Shown here piece after piece: positions 25,240-37,886 of a stretch of 64,000 nucleotides of DNA. Position 1 is the first letter of the stretch. Each line of letters opens with the position of its first letter. A program made the position numbers and the translations under genes. The stretch comes from Dendrobates tinctorius (Eukaryota), in the NCBI RefSeq assembly GCF_039654945.1, contig NW_027361743.1, forward strand, positions 2,852,001-2,916,000. Direction: 5' to 3'. Under the pieces are notes generated by a model. The model saw nothing but the letters and a program-made list of their open reading frames with translations. It was not told the DNA's origin and did no database searches.

Positions 25240-27105
25240 TGTTAAACCACTTACACATTGAAGTCAGTATCCAGTACAGTCTATGCGGCGGCAGCTAACT
25301 TGTTCACTTCTATAATCATATTTATGGAGAGGATTTGGACCTCTGTATCAGAAAAAAAGAGCTACTGAACATCTGCTATGAAGCATATAAAATATGATAG
25401 ATTTCAAGGTACTTAAAGGTAGAAAAAAAAAAGAAATGTCACTTCCAATGACAACAGTTGATCCAATGTGTGCAAGTAGAAAACTGAGCTAGTAATTACC
25501 GTCCTCTACACTACACCTTCAGCTGTGAATATACCGTGTGTAGGTGGATTTCTGCACAATATGTTCTTATCTAAGCTACTGTAGCATTAAATATCATCCA
25601 GATGGATGGCTTTCTGTGGAACATATTCCTAGTCATTACCCGATTCGGATCGTTTTTTTAATAATTTCCTAAAATACCTTTCTATCCAATGCTAAAAATG
25701 TTTCGTTGATTTTGGTAACAGGTATAAAAATAAAAAAATACTCTCATGCACAGTACAGACAGTAAGGACTCATTCTGATGTGCAATTTTTCCACGCACGA
25801 GAAAATAGGACCGATTATTCTGATCAGACTTTGATGAAAGTTTGGTCTGGGTGTCATCCGTTTTTAATACATTTTTTTCCATCTTCTCCATTTTGACAGT
25901 GAAATTCGGACGGTAATCAGATGTCATCCGATTTTTTTTCGTGGACCCATTGACTTGCACTGCTGATTTTGATCAAAATTGGACCTATCTCCGCTATTTT
26001 CGTGCAGGTGAATCACTCCATTGACTATCACAGTTACGAGTCTGAACACTGGGACCCCCACCAATCCCAGGAACAATGAATGAAGTAGCACGAGTGACCA
26101 CTGCTCCAATCTAATGGGACATTAGTCTTGTTTTCAAAACCAGTGGTCGTCCCAGCGGATGAAACTCCAGCAATCAGAAAATTATCTTTCCTGTTCATGA
26201 GTGCTAACTAGCCCGACTGGAAATAACCTTTTAATGGTTCTGTTCAGGCACAGGGAAATTTTCTCATTAATTCTATATTATACTCTGAAAAAAAATTGTG
26301 GAGAGAAGGAGATAGGCTTTCGCTAACTCTCATACACACATGGTGACAAAAATCTGCCACTACTTATTATATTTCAAGTTGGACAAAAACTTTCTCAGGA
26401 CCATGGTCTGTGGCTGCCGGATCAGAGCATGGCAAACCTTCTACTAATCAGGGGCATCGCACCTTCTGATGAGTAGGCTCTGTGACATCACTACATTGGA
26501 GTGTGACGCGCGTCGGGGTGATGGAGGATTACTCATCAGAGGAGGTGCTGGTGATGCTGGCGGTAAAAAGACATTCACAGAGCTCTGGTCCAGGGTCCTG
26601 CAAGTGTTTTTGCCAAACTTTAATCAACTTCTATCACATACATGCATACGCACCCAATATTACACATATGATTGAACGCACACATAATGACACATTTATA
26701 CAAATGCAGCACAAATATATACTCTCTAAACATCACACCATCCAGACAAGTAAGCACAGCACTGTCTGCATGACTGCATACATATTTCTTCATACCAGTT
26801 TACATACATTAAACTGCACGATTCTCTTTGCATAAATATATCCGGCGTAGATAAGTCGTCCGGGATGCTCTACACTGATTCATTAGTCTCTTCTGTTGAC
26901 ACACAAATGTGCATGAAAATGTAATTACTGTTCATCATGGAGATAATTTGCATCAAACGTCTGGTATTGGCTACATTGTAAATCTTCATATTCCATTGCC
27001 TCTCATTACAAACATTTCAGAGTCACATGGCGACATCCAATTCGGCACACCAGCGCCCAATGCCAGTGCTGCTGAGCAATAAATCAGATGTGTTAGCATA
27101 CTCAC

Positions 27106-27226
27106 CCCGAACGAGAAGTTCTGCCTCATCTGATACACTGTCAGCCGTGGTCTGCACCTTGCAACCGTATCTCCCAGCATGGACCAGCAGGATGTTTCTA
27201 ATCATTAAATCAACCGATGACGCTTG
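27106..27226 (-). CDS. cntn5: Contactin-5 coding exon, C-terminal half of last Ig-like domain (121 nt, phase 0-1)
   Basis: Translates [40 protein letters not shown](G); acceptor CTTTTCCAG| and donor |GTGAGT; splices in frame to the 5581 exon (G|GT = Gly). Confidence 0.93.
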
Positions 27227-27311
27227 CTGGAAAAGAAGTGAATGCCCAATTTAGTGCATTATATATGTAAATATGTAAATATCTACAACTGTCAAAGGCG
27301 GCATAGAAATA

Positions 27312-27314
<3 letters not shown>

Positions 27315-27349
<35 letters not shown>
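27315..27349. repeat. (TA)n microsatellite
   Basis: Pure TA run. Confidence 0.9.
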
Positions 27350-27355
<6 letters not shown>

Positions 27356-27664
27356 GTAAATCTGAAAATTCTGGTGCATTTTTGTTGCAAATTTGTCACA
27401 GTAGTTTGGGAAAAATGTAGCAAAAAACAAAAAAGATGGAGCCAATGAAAAAATGGAGCTTGTTAAGCAGGGGTGGACTCAAGGCATGGGATGGCCCCTG
27501 ATGGGCTGTACTGCTCACTTTAAATTTTTCTTTTTCCAGATTAACCATCAATTCATTAATGTGTTACCCAAGAGCTCCACCAATCAGCAAGAGCAAAAGG
27601 GCGCTAGCTGCTGCGGATGCACTGCCTCCCCTCCACTGCAGTACTTCAACAAGCAATGTCCAAT

Positions 27665-28896
27665 CAAATGGCCTTGGCCCCCTTCTCTTCTCTCTCTACA
27701 CGGCCCCAATTGGACAGACCATCAGCAGATTTGGCTTTCGGTACCATCTTTATGCTGATGACACACAACTGTACACATCATCCCCTGACCTTACCTCCGC
27801 TGTACTACAGATCGCCACTGACTGTCTGTCTGCAGTCTCCAACATCATGTCTGCTCTCTATTTGAAACTCAACCTCTCCAAAACTGAACTTCTTCTGCTC
27901 CCACCATCTACCAACCTCCCTAAATCTGACATTTCCCTCTCTGTGGGTGGCACCATAATAACACCCCGACAGCAGGCGCGCTGTCTGGGTGTTATGTTTG
28001 ACTCCAATCTCTTCTTCACCTCCCATATACAATCTCTTGCCCGCTCGTGCCGCTTACACCTAAAGAACATCTCTAGAATCCGCCCTTTTCTCACCATGGA
28101 AACAACAAAAACTCTCACTGTCGCCCTGATCCACTCCCGCCTGGACTACTGTAATGCTCTATTAATTGGCCTCCCTCTCCCTCGACTCTCCCCTCTCCAG
28201 TCTATCCTTAATGCAGCAGCCTGGGTTGTCCATCTGGCTAATCGTTACTCAGACGCGTCCGCTCTTCGCCAGTCGTTACACTGGCTGCCAATTCATTACA
28301 GGGTACAATTCAAAGTACTTGTTCTCACCCACAAAGCGCTCCACAGTGCAGCACCCCCTTACATCTCCTCCCTCATTTCTGTCTATCGGCCTAACCGACC
28401 GCTGCGCTCTGCAAATGACTTTCGACTAACCTCTGCCCTAATCCGTACCTCCCACTCCCGACTCTAAGACTTCTCCCGTGCTGCGCCAATTCTCTGGAAT
28501 GCTCTACCCCAAGATATTAGGACCATCCACAATTTGCATAGTTTTAGGCGCTCGCTCAAAACACATCTGTTCAGAGCGGCCTATCACATTCAGTAATTAA
28601 AGTCATGTTATGTTTGTGTGTGTGTGTAGCCCATTCACTATCTCCATCTAACCCCCACCCCCTGAAGATGGCTGGACCATCATTGTAAATACATCATTGT
28701 AAATACAAACCTGTGCTTTGTATCTCCCCCACCTCATTGTAGATTGTAAGCTCCCACGAGCAGGGTCGTCTTATTTCGCTTTAATTATTGTATTGTTAAC
28801 GTTGTTACTTATGACTATTGTGTTTAAAACTGTTCAACTGTAAAGCGCTGCGGAATATGTTGGCGCTATATAAATAAAGATTATTATTATTATTAT
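27665..28896 (+). mobile_element. L2 LINE, 5'-truncated (RT C-terminal half plus 3' UTR)
   Basis: [24 protein letters not shown] and LHWLP motifs in ORF 27559-28467; 3' end GCGCTGCGGAATATGTTGGCGCTATATAAATAAAG(ATT)n. Confidence 0.92.
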
Positions 28897-29342
28897 AAAT
28901 GCAGCTGTGTAAAAGATTACAGTATTAATTCAATGGCATGGACAAGTGTGTTGCTTTGTTATCTACTCCATCGAGCTCTTGATTCTTTTATTTCTTCCCC
29001 AACATGTTAAAAGCGGGCGCAGTCAATTAACGGATTTCTAACTTTACTCATAATCCATATAGACAATGAGTAAGGAATGTAAAGTCAGAAACGCATCAAT
29101 CCCTGTCATGTTTTTTTCTCCACATTGATCGAGCCTGCCATGTGTTGGTTATTGTATTAATTAATATCTTATTTTACTCGAAAACTGTGCTGGCGTTTGT
29201 GGATACACGATAGATTAATAATGAAGAGAAGTGGACGTTAACTAACTATGGTGAGCTGATGGACTTTCATAATTCTTGAAGCCCTGGAACCTGCTGATCA
29301 TGTCCTCAAGATGGAATTAAAATGGTCAACAGTTGGACACAG

Positions 29343-32119
29343 ACCAATGGCTATAGATACACCCCTGATTAGAGCCCAATGGCTGTAGATACACCCCTGA
29401 TTAGAGCCCAATGGCTGTAGATACACCCCTGATTAGAGCCCAATGGCTGTAGATACACCCCTGATTAGAGCCCAATGGCTGTAGATACACCCCTGATTAG
29501 AGCCCCATGGCTGTAGATACACCCCTGATTAGAGCACATTGGCTGTAAATACACCCCTGATTAGAGCCCCATGGCTGTAGATACACCTCTGATTAGAGCC
29601 CAATGGCTGTAGATACACCCCTGATTAGAGCTGCATTGCTGTAGATACACCTCTGATTAGAGCCCAATAGCTGTAGATACACCCCTGATTTGAGCCCAAT
29701 AGCTGTAGAGACAACCCTGATTAGAGCACATTGGCTGTAAATACACCCCTGATTAGAGCTTAATGGCTGTAGAGACACCCCTGATTAGAGCCCAATGGCT
29801 GTAGATACACCCCTGATTAGAGTGCAATGGTTGTAGATACACCCCTGATTAGAGCCCAATGGCTGTAGATACACCCCTGACTAGAGCCCAATGGCTGTAG
29901 ATACACCCCTGATTAGAGTCAGTAGCAGTAGATACACCCCTTACTAGAGCCCAATGGTTGTAGATACACCCCTGATTAGAGCCTGATGGCTGTAGATACA
30001 CCCCTGATTAGAGCCCAATTGCTGTAGAGACAACCCTGATTAGAGCACATTGGCTGTAAATACACCCCTGATTAGAGCCCCATGGCTGTAGATACACCCT
30101 TGATTAAAGCCCAATGGCTGTAGATACACCCCTGATTAGAGCCCCATGGCTGTAAATACACCCCTGATTAGAGCACTATGGCTGTAGAGACACCCCTGAT
30201 TAGAGCCCAATGGCTGTAGATACACCCCTGATTAGAGCCCAATGGCTGTAGATACACCCCTGATTAGAGCCCAATGGCTGTAGATACACCCCTGATTAGA
30301 GTCAGTAGCAGTAGATACACCCCTTATTAGAGCCCAATAGCTGTAGATACACCCCTGATTAGAGTCAGTAGCAGTAGATTCACCCCTTATTAGAGCCCAA
30401 TGGCTGTAGATACACCCCTGATTAGAGCCTGATGGCTGTAGATACACCCCTGATTAGAGCCCAATTGCTGTAGAGACAACCCTGATTAGAGCACATTGGC
30501 TGTAAATACACCCCTGATTAGAGCCCCATGGCTGTAGATACACCTTTGATTAAAGCCCAATGGCTGTAGATACACCCCTGATTAGAGCCCCATGGCTGTA
30601 GATACACCCCTGATTAGAGCACTATGGCTGTAGAGACACCCCTGATTAGAGCCCAATGGCTGTAGATACACCCCTGATTAGAGCTCAATGGCTGTAGATA
30701 CACCCCTGATTAGAGCCCAATGGCTGTAGATACACCCCTGATTAGAGTCAGTAGCAGTAGATACACCCCTTATTAGAGCCCAATGGCTGTAGATACACCC
30801 CTGTGTTATGAATGAGTCACCGTAGGAGGCAAAAACAGAAATACTAGTTAAGTCCAGAAAACCAGAGAAGTTGGCAGCTATCGGATTGCAGACCCCTGAA
30901 CCTATCAACAACAACTAGCAGTAGCCGTGGGGGGTTCCTACGGTGCCCTAGACCCCTCGATCACAGCCGGAGAACTAAATAGCCTAAAGACAGAAAGGGA
31001 AATCTAAACTGCCCCAGAGCAGACCCCAAAGCAATAGGCAGCCCCCAACATATAATGACGGTGAAGCAAGATGAAAAAACACTCACACAGATAGAAAGAT
31101 AGGCTGAGCAAATGATGGGGCCCAAGCTAACTAAATAGGACAGGATAGAAAAGCTGCTGTCTGCAATCCGCCAAAACCCTATCAAAACAAGAGCCAACAG
31201 ACTGATAGGGAAAAAAACCCTGAAGACGCTAGGCTTCAAAAGACTATATCAGTGCTCAGGTATTTTCTGAAGACAGAGCAAAAAGGAATTCAGCTCACCC
31301 CAGCAGGGAATGGCAGAAATCCAGAAAAACAAGGCAAAACAAAACCAAAACACAAATGCAAAAAGCAGAGCAGAAAACTTAGCTTTTGAGGAGCAGGAAT
31401 CAGACTGGTCTCCAAGAATCCCTCAGAGAAATCACCCGCAAGGCAGAAGGGAGTCGGCTGCCTTATATCCAGTCAGCAATTCCAGTCACCCAGTCATCAT
31501 CATCCTGCTCAGCTGCTTGGTAATCAGCCTCACTACCTTCCTTCACCAGAAGACGGAGTTCATCAGACCTCAATGGTGAAGGGGAAAATGAACTCACAAC
31601 ATCCCTGATTAGAGCCCGATGGCTGTAGATACACCCCTGATTAGAGCCCAATGGCTGTAGATACACCCCAATTAGAGCCCAATGGCTGTAGATACACCCC
31701 TGATTAGAGCCCAATGGCTGTAGATACACCCCTGATTAGAGCCCAATGGCTGTAGATACACCCCTGATTAAAGCCAGTAGCTGTAGACACCCCTGATTAG
31801 AGGCCAATGGCTGTAGATACACCCCTGATTAGAGCCCAATGGCTGTAGGTACACCCCTGATTAGAGCCCAATGGCTGTAGATACACCCCTGATTAGAGCC
31901 CAGTGGCTGTAGATACACCCCTGATTAGAGCAAAATGGCTGTAGGTACACCCCTGATTAGAGCCCAATTGCTGTAGATACACCCCTGACTAGAGCCCAAT
32001 GGCTGTAGGTACACCCCTGATTAGAGACCAATGGTTGTAGATACACCCCTGATTAGAGCCCAATGGCTGTAGATACACCCCTGATTAGAGCCCAATAGCT
32101 GTAGATACACCCCTGATTA
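29343..32119. repeat. 32-bp minisatellite (GATTAGAGCCCAATGGCTGTAGATACACCCCT), ~46 + ~16 copies, split by a solo LTR
   Basis: Tandem units directly visible at 29343-30803 and 31602-32119. Confidence 0.95.
30804..31601. mobile_element. Solo LTR (798 bp) inserted in the minisatellite
   Basis: TGTTATGA...TCACAACA inverted ends; flanking duplication CCCCTG / TCCCTG. Confidence 0.8.
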
Positions 32120-33684
32120 TCTATAATAGCCTACATTTACCTTTTCTGAGCTAAGTCAATAGTATACCCAGCTTAAGACAAATAGTATACTCATTTGAAT
32201 GGATGACCTGTTCTTATTGGTTGATCATTCTGTTCAGCTCACTTGTCAGTTCCAGAGATAAGCAATTGAAATTGAATTTTCCAGCTTCTCTAAATTTCAC
32301 AAGGAAATTATTTTCTCAATAAATCGATTGAATGCTTATCAAAAAGTACTCAAAAGTCTCCAAATTCCCCATAAAATGCATGTACAGCATGAGTGACTGA
32401 GCAGCAATATAACCACATTGGTCAAGCAAGCAGCAGTTGCCAAGTATGAGTTCTGTTTTTCAGAGACAGAGTCTCTCCTATCTCTCTCTTCTTATTAATT
32501 AAATCTGCATTGTTCTCTTTTCCTCACACACTAATCTTCTTTGCTGTGCTGTCACACACACTACCGGTAAAATTTGTTCATCATTCAGCTCTGACGTCCT
32601 CTTACTATCCAGATTCATCACAATGTGGCTGCTGCATTACCTGCTGGAGCTTTCATACAGACTATGATACCCATCACGATTGATCATTCAGGATGTAATA
32701 TGTAATGTGATAACTGCTAGGCATAATGGGGAAGTCTGCCTCTTGATCCCACCAGTGGTCATATCATCCTTATCTTCTGGGACAAGGAGGCAATGCAAAT
32801 TAAAAATTGGTCAAATTTTCAAAGAAATCTTAAACATTCAACATGAATTCAATTTGCATCAAATCTATTTGTTCATATCTAGTCAGTTTTGATTGGCTAA
32901 ACAAAATGTGATTTCTGTTGTCTGTTAAGTAGGGGTGGATCTAGAGGCTGAAATACAACTTCCAGTCAAGTTGACATGTTCTCAGTAGTGTTTTCTAACT
33001 CATATCATACTCTGACCCCACTGACACCTACAAACATGTGAGAGAGATATTCTGGTACCCGCACCGAAAAATGAAATAAAATTTGGTCGAGCTCGACAAA
33101 CCCGAACTTCCACAGGTCCGCTCATCTATAATCACATAGGTAGCGCATTTTGCTTTAACAAGAGACACAATGCCCAGTATTAATTAGCGAATGACAATGT
33201 CTAATTAGCTGACAGAAATAGAAGCAACCCTGTGAATCCGACACAGCACATTGATAAAACTGACATCGACACTGTGGATATTTGCAGCTGTATGTTGTGA
33301 ATGCGTTGATCAAAAAATCACGAGGGAAGGGTTGGTAACAGCGTTATATGCAATAATCAGAATCTAAATGCCGGTCGTTTTTTTTATTATTATTACCATT
33401 CTTTGCCGAGAAGCTTTTCTGAAAAACAACCGACATCACTGGCCATTAACTACAATCAGTATCACATTTGCAGAACATCACTTAGCAGGGGGCGGCAATG
33501 AATAGAGGAAATAGCTGTTTCCAAGGTGAAAATAAAAGTATAGAAATGCATAAATATAGAAGTTTTGTTCTTGTGATGGATGGCTAGATAGATACATATT
33601 TGAAAAAATGGAACAGCACACTATTTATCCAAATGTAGTGGGTGCAAGGTGTGCCAAGCAAATTTTCCACTATTGATAAAACTA

Positions 33685-33884
33685 TAGAAACAAAAAAGCA
33701 GGCAGCGCTCCAATTTTTACCAAAAGATAAGGAGGACTTTATTTAGCCCATGTGGTGCGGCGACGTTTCGGTTACAATGAGAAAGGTTTGATTCATTGTA
33801 ACAGAAATGTCGCCACGCCACATGGTCTAAGTCGACCTTATCTTTTGGTAAAAATTGGAGTGCTGCCTGCTGTTTTTGTTTCTA
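33685..33884. repeat. 200-bp hairpin, probably a Penelope-like element terminal remnant
   Basis: ~90-bp inverted arms; core CGACGTTTCGG...TGAGAAAGG...GAAATGTCG. Family assignment is inferred. Confidence 0.55.
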
Positions 33885-34070
33885 GACAGGCAGAATATAT
33901 TCTTTTACCTCTCTTTTAGTGGATTTTTGAATATTGAAGTAAATGGTTTTTTTTTAACAGTGATTGATGAAAGACTTATACACTAGAGAAGAGGACACTT
34001 CCCTCACAATCTACAGAATATTGGGAAATGAGACAGTAGGTTTGGGAGTTTGCAGCAGCTTCAGTTGTAG

Positions 34071-35280
34071 TAATAATAATAATAATTTTATTTCTATAGT
34101 GCCAACATATTCCGCAGCACTTTACATTATAGAGGGGACTTGTACAGACAATAGACATTACAGCATAGCATAGCAATAAACACATAGATCAAAACAGATA
34201 CCAAGAGAAATGAGGGCCCTGCTCGCAAGCTTACAATCTATAAGGAAAAAGAGGAGACAAGAAAGGTGGATGGTAACAATTGCTTTTATTGTTTTTATGG
34301 TTTGGACCTTCCCTAGTGTAAGAATCGGGTGTTCCTGTTGCTGCATGAACCAGTTAACAGTCTAAATATGTAACAGCACAGACACAGACGGCCATTAAAT
34401 GCAAAAAGCATGTGAGAACATGATGCGAGGAACCTGGATATGGTAAAAATTTAGAAATGAGCCACACAGGGATATTTACGTTATTGTGTTGAGGCGATAG
34501 GCCAGTCTGAACAAATGAATCATAGAATCATAGAATCGTAGAGTTGGAAGGGACCTCCTGGGCCATATGGTCCAACCCCCTGCTAAAATGAGTTTTTAAG
34601 GCACGCTTAAAACTGTGGGGTTTGGGGATTAATCGTACTAGCCTGGGTGGTGCATTCCAAAGAATTGGCGCGGCTCTTGAAAAGTCTTGGAGATGGGAGT
34701 GGGAGGTTCTGATTAATGAGAATGTTAGCCTCAGGTCATTAGTAGAACGGAGGGCACGGGTAGGGTGGTAGGCTGAGATGAGGGAGGAGATGTAGGGTGG
34801 TGCTGAGCCATGGAGGGCTTTGTGGGTGAGGGTAATAAGTTTATACTGAATTCTGGAGTGGATGGGTAGCCAGTGTAAGGACTGGCACAAGGTAGAGGCA
34901 TCGGTATAACGATTGGTGAGGAATATGATCCTGAGTGCTGCATTCAGGACGGATTGGAGAGGGGAGAGTTTGTTAAAAGGGAGACCTATTAGTAGAGAGT
35001 TACAATAGTCCAAACAAGAATGAATAAAAGAAACAGTATGAGTTTTTGCAGAGTCAAAAGTAAGAAAGGGTCGAATTCTAGAAATGTTTTTGAGGTGCAG
35101 ATAACAAGAGCGAGCCAATGATCGGATGTGGGGGGTGAATGAAAGCTCTGAATCAAGTATGACCCCAAAATAGCGGGCATGTTGCTGGGGAGTAATGGTG
35201 GAACAACACACGGAAATGGCAATGTCGGGCATAGGTAAATTAATAGAGGGAGGAAACACAAGGAGTTCAGTTTTTGGTAG
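34071..35280 (-). mobile_element. L2 LINE 3' fragment
   Basis: ORF 35259-34528 ([24 protein letters not shown]); (TTA)n tail at 34071-34086. Confidence 0.9.
34519..34585 (-). mobile_element. 67-bp CR1 3' tail inserted into the L2
   Basis: (ATCATAGA)n tail plus GTTGGAAGGGACC...GGTCCAACCCCCTGCT, as at the end of the 24020-24589 CR1; TSD AAATGA. Confidence 0.8.
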
Positions 35281-35284
35281 TAAG

Positions 35285-36060
35285 ATGACAGCGGGGTTAA
35301 TACAGTCTGCATTTCCTGGAGAGATGAGTTTTCAGGTACTAACTGAAGTTTTCAATCATGAAGGGCAATTAGACATGCGGAGGCACTAAGTTCCAAAGGA
35401 TGGCGGATACACAAGATAATAAACAGAAATCTTGTAGAGAGTTGAGTGAGGAATGCATGAGATGGCAGATGCAAGGGACAAAAGAGTAGACAATGAATAG
35501 GTGGATTAGTCAGGCAGTAGAGTAAAGGATGGACTGGAGAGGTGCAAGAGTATTAGCTTGAAGGCAACACAAGAGGATATAGCAGTAGTCAAGACAAGTG
35601 ATGAAGATGGCATGCAGTAACATTTTAGTAGATTCGGGGTTCTAGTAATATTTTTGAGTTGGAGGAGGCAGGAGGTGGTAGGGCTTGTGGATGTGCAGTT
35701 AGAACACAGCAGAGTCAAAGGTTACACCAAGGAAGCAGACTTGTGACACGGGGTAAAGTGTTTAGTGAAATGGAATAAAGATGGTGAGCTTTAGAAATGT
35801 GATGAGAAGAAGGAAGGTACAGCTGATAGACAAGCTGGGATTCTGGACACCTGAGAGGTGACATCTGAGACAAAGAGGTCGATTTCAGTGTTATCGTCAT
35901 GTAGGCAGCATTGGACGTCATGGGGTTTTGTGAATGGTCCCAAGTTATAGTTATAGATGGTGAATAGTAGGGATCCCAGGACAGTGCATTGAGGAAAAGA
36001 GAGATCGAGAATATAAGTAGTATGGGAATGGGATACGCTATATGTGCGGTTAGTAATGAG
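35285..36060 (-). mobile_element. Older degraded L2 LINE, the target of the giant hAT insertion (continues at 55232-55360 and 55835-55945)
   Basis: Degenerate RT motifs. Across the hAT the minus strand reads SYAVDTADQSLLLEILFSLGIKDFSLSWIFSYL and LQSDFHPLHTTEIALAEVINDLL. Confidence 0.75.
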
Positions 36061-37300
36061 TAGAGTTGAGCGACTTTTGGTTTTTTAGGGTCGAGTTTCG
36101 TTTCGTGAAACCCGACTTTTCCAAAAGTCGGGTCGAGCAAGATCGTCCGATTATAGGGAAAAGTCGGGGTCGTCCCGAAACACGAAACCCAATGTAAGTC
36201 AATGGGGAATAAAAGTCGGCAGTGAGAGGAGGACAGGAAACACACCTTCAGTGCCCATTTGAATGCCAAAAGCATCAATTCTTCTTACTTAAGCTTGTCA
36301 ACCTTAATTAACTTCATAATACAAGTTACGCACTGAAAAATGGGGGTTATTTGGCTAAAGTTGTGGGGGGGAGGGCTGGCTGCAGGTTTTCATGTGCCCT
36401 GGGCGAAAGAGCGCCCCTTTAACACATACCACAACTCATCATGCTCCGATACGGCAGAGAAATAGCGGTATAGTACAATGAAAAATACTTCACTTTTTAC
36501 ATCTCATGACGAGGCCCATCTATTTCTCCATACAGAATCATTGGTCCCATATAATGTTTGAAACAGTATATGATGAGCTCCACATAACGCTACAGTATAT
36601 GTTGGTCCCCATGGATGAAGCTCCACTGTCTTATGGGCCCAAATAATACTCCAAACATAATGGGCCCCATTTCTAATGCTCTAGTGTATAATGGGCCCTG
36701 TAAATGCTGCTCCAGTGTCTGATGTCCACCTTTGGAATGTTCCAGTGTATGGTGGGCCCCATCTATCATTCTCCAGAGTATAGTGCTCCCCAAAAATTGC
36801 TGTCCCAACACTGAAAACAATCAAATAAGTCTCCTCGCTAGGGAATCCCTGTACTTGTCTGGACTCCTCGTCGTCCCCATCTTCCATCTCACTGCACAGT
36901 ATTTCAACTTTGCAAGTGCTGTGATCCTGAGCAAGCAGGGGGGGCCCACTCGTTGGCGACGGCACTGGCACAGGGCCCCTGATAGTACGGTGGTGTGTAT
37001 GATGACGGGTGGGCCGAACCTGCACTTTCATCTGCAGCTTCCTCTTTGTCACCGTGTAAGATGGAACTGTATATGGGAAGGGTAACCTGAGTTTCATCAG
37101 GGTGAGATTCAGGTCGTGTAGCGTGCGAGGGGAATGTAGTGGTCTGGGTCAATGTACCAGCAGATTCATCGAGCAGTGGCTGGGCATCAGTGCACTTGTG
37201 TCGCCCCCAGGAGTACGGTCGCCACAGTGGCATTACCTTCTTCCTAGGGAGTGTGATGTCATGCTTGGGAGCAACGAACGATCTCTCTAGCAGGTTAACT

Positions 37301-37777
37301 GATTGGGCGGCGTTATTCCCACGAGTCATGACCCTCCAAACAGCGTTCATGAAGGCAAAGTGTTTGTTTTACGTGGGCAGTATGGTTGCAAAGCTGAACC
37401 TTAAAGGAATGTCCAGAAGGGCACCACCAGGAGTGGAGCCTACGGTTAAATTCGACTCCACCTGGGAAACCTCAACCATGCCAGCTACAGAACAGATGCA
37501 CACATTGCAAGCTTAATTCCGTTAACGAACGAGACTCCGTCATGCCCCTCGGTCCGAGTCCAGCTTACTAGAGGGACACGTGAGGCTCTGGCACATAAGA
37601 TTGGCCAATAACTGGTGTGTCATGCCCTTACATGTCTGTGGCTGCATGTGCGCTACACTGAAAAGGCCAGCGTTTGTCGCTTACAGGTGCAGATAACCCG
37701 CTGAACAACGTTAGTGATGGGGATCACTGATTACAATTATTACCCGCGAACAATGATTTCCCAGTAAGTGCAGGTCA
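37301..37777 (+). pseudogene. Degenerate 18S rRNA-derived segment (3' half, with internal deletions)
   Basis: Colinear SSU motifs: GGCGGCGTTATTCCC, AGTATGGTTGCAAAGCTGAA-CTTAAAGGAAT, GAAGGGCACCACCAGGAGTGGAGCCT, TAATTCCG-TAACGAACGAGACTC, GCGCTACACTGA, GTGATGGGGATC, TTCCCAGTAAGTGC-GGTCA. Confidence 0.9.
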
Positions 37778-37886
37778 ACCGCAGTTCCGGAATTAGGCCT
37801 AACCGTCATTCCTGAAAAAATGAAAAACTTACGTGTGCAAACCACAGGTGCTGTTGCTTGCTTAACAGCTCGCCAGCCGTTCTCAC

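Noticed and set aside
29343-32119. CRISPR-like array (32-bp repeats)
   Set aside because: Head-to-tail repeats with no unique spacers, no cas genes, vertebrate context.
36904-37350. 148-aa ORF as a second hAT gene
   Set aside because: Chimera of antisense 18S-like sequence, a transposase fragment and UTR-like sequence; no evidence of coding constraint.
37301-37777. Functional 18S rRNA gene or rDNA unit
   Set aside because: Partial, deleted and mutated in conserved motifs; no ITS, 5.8S or 28S nearby.
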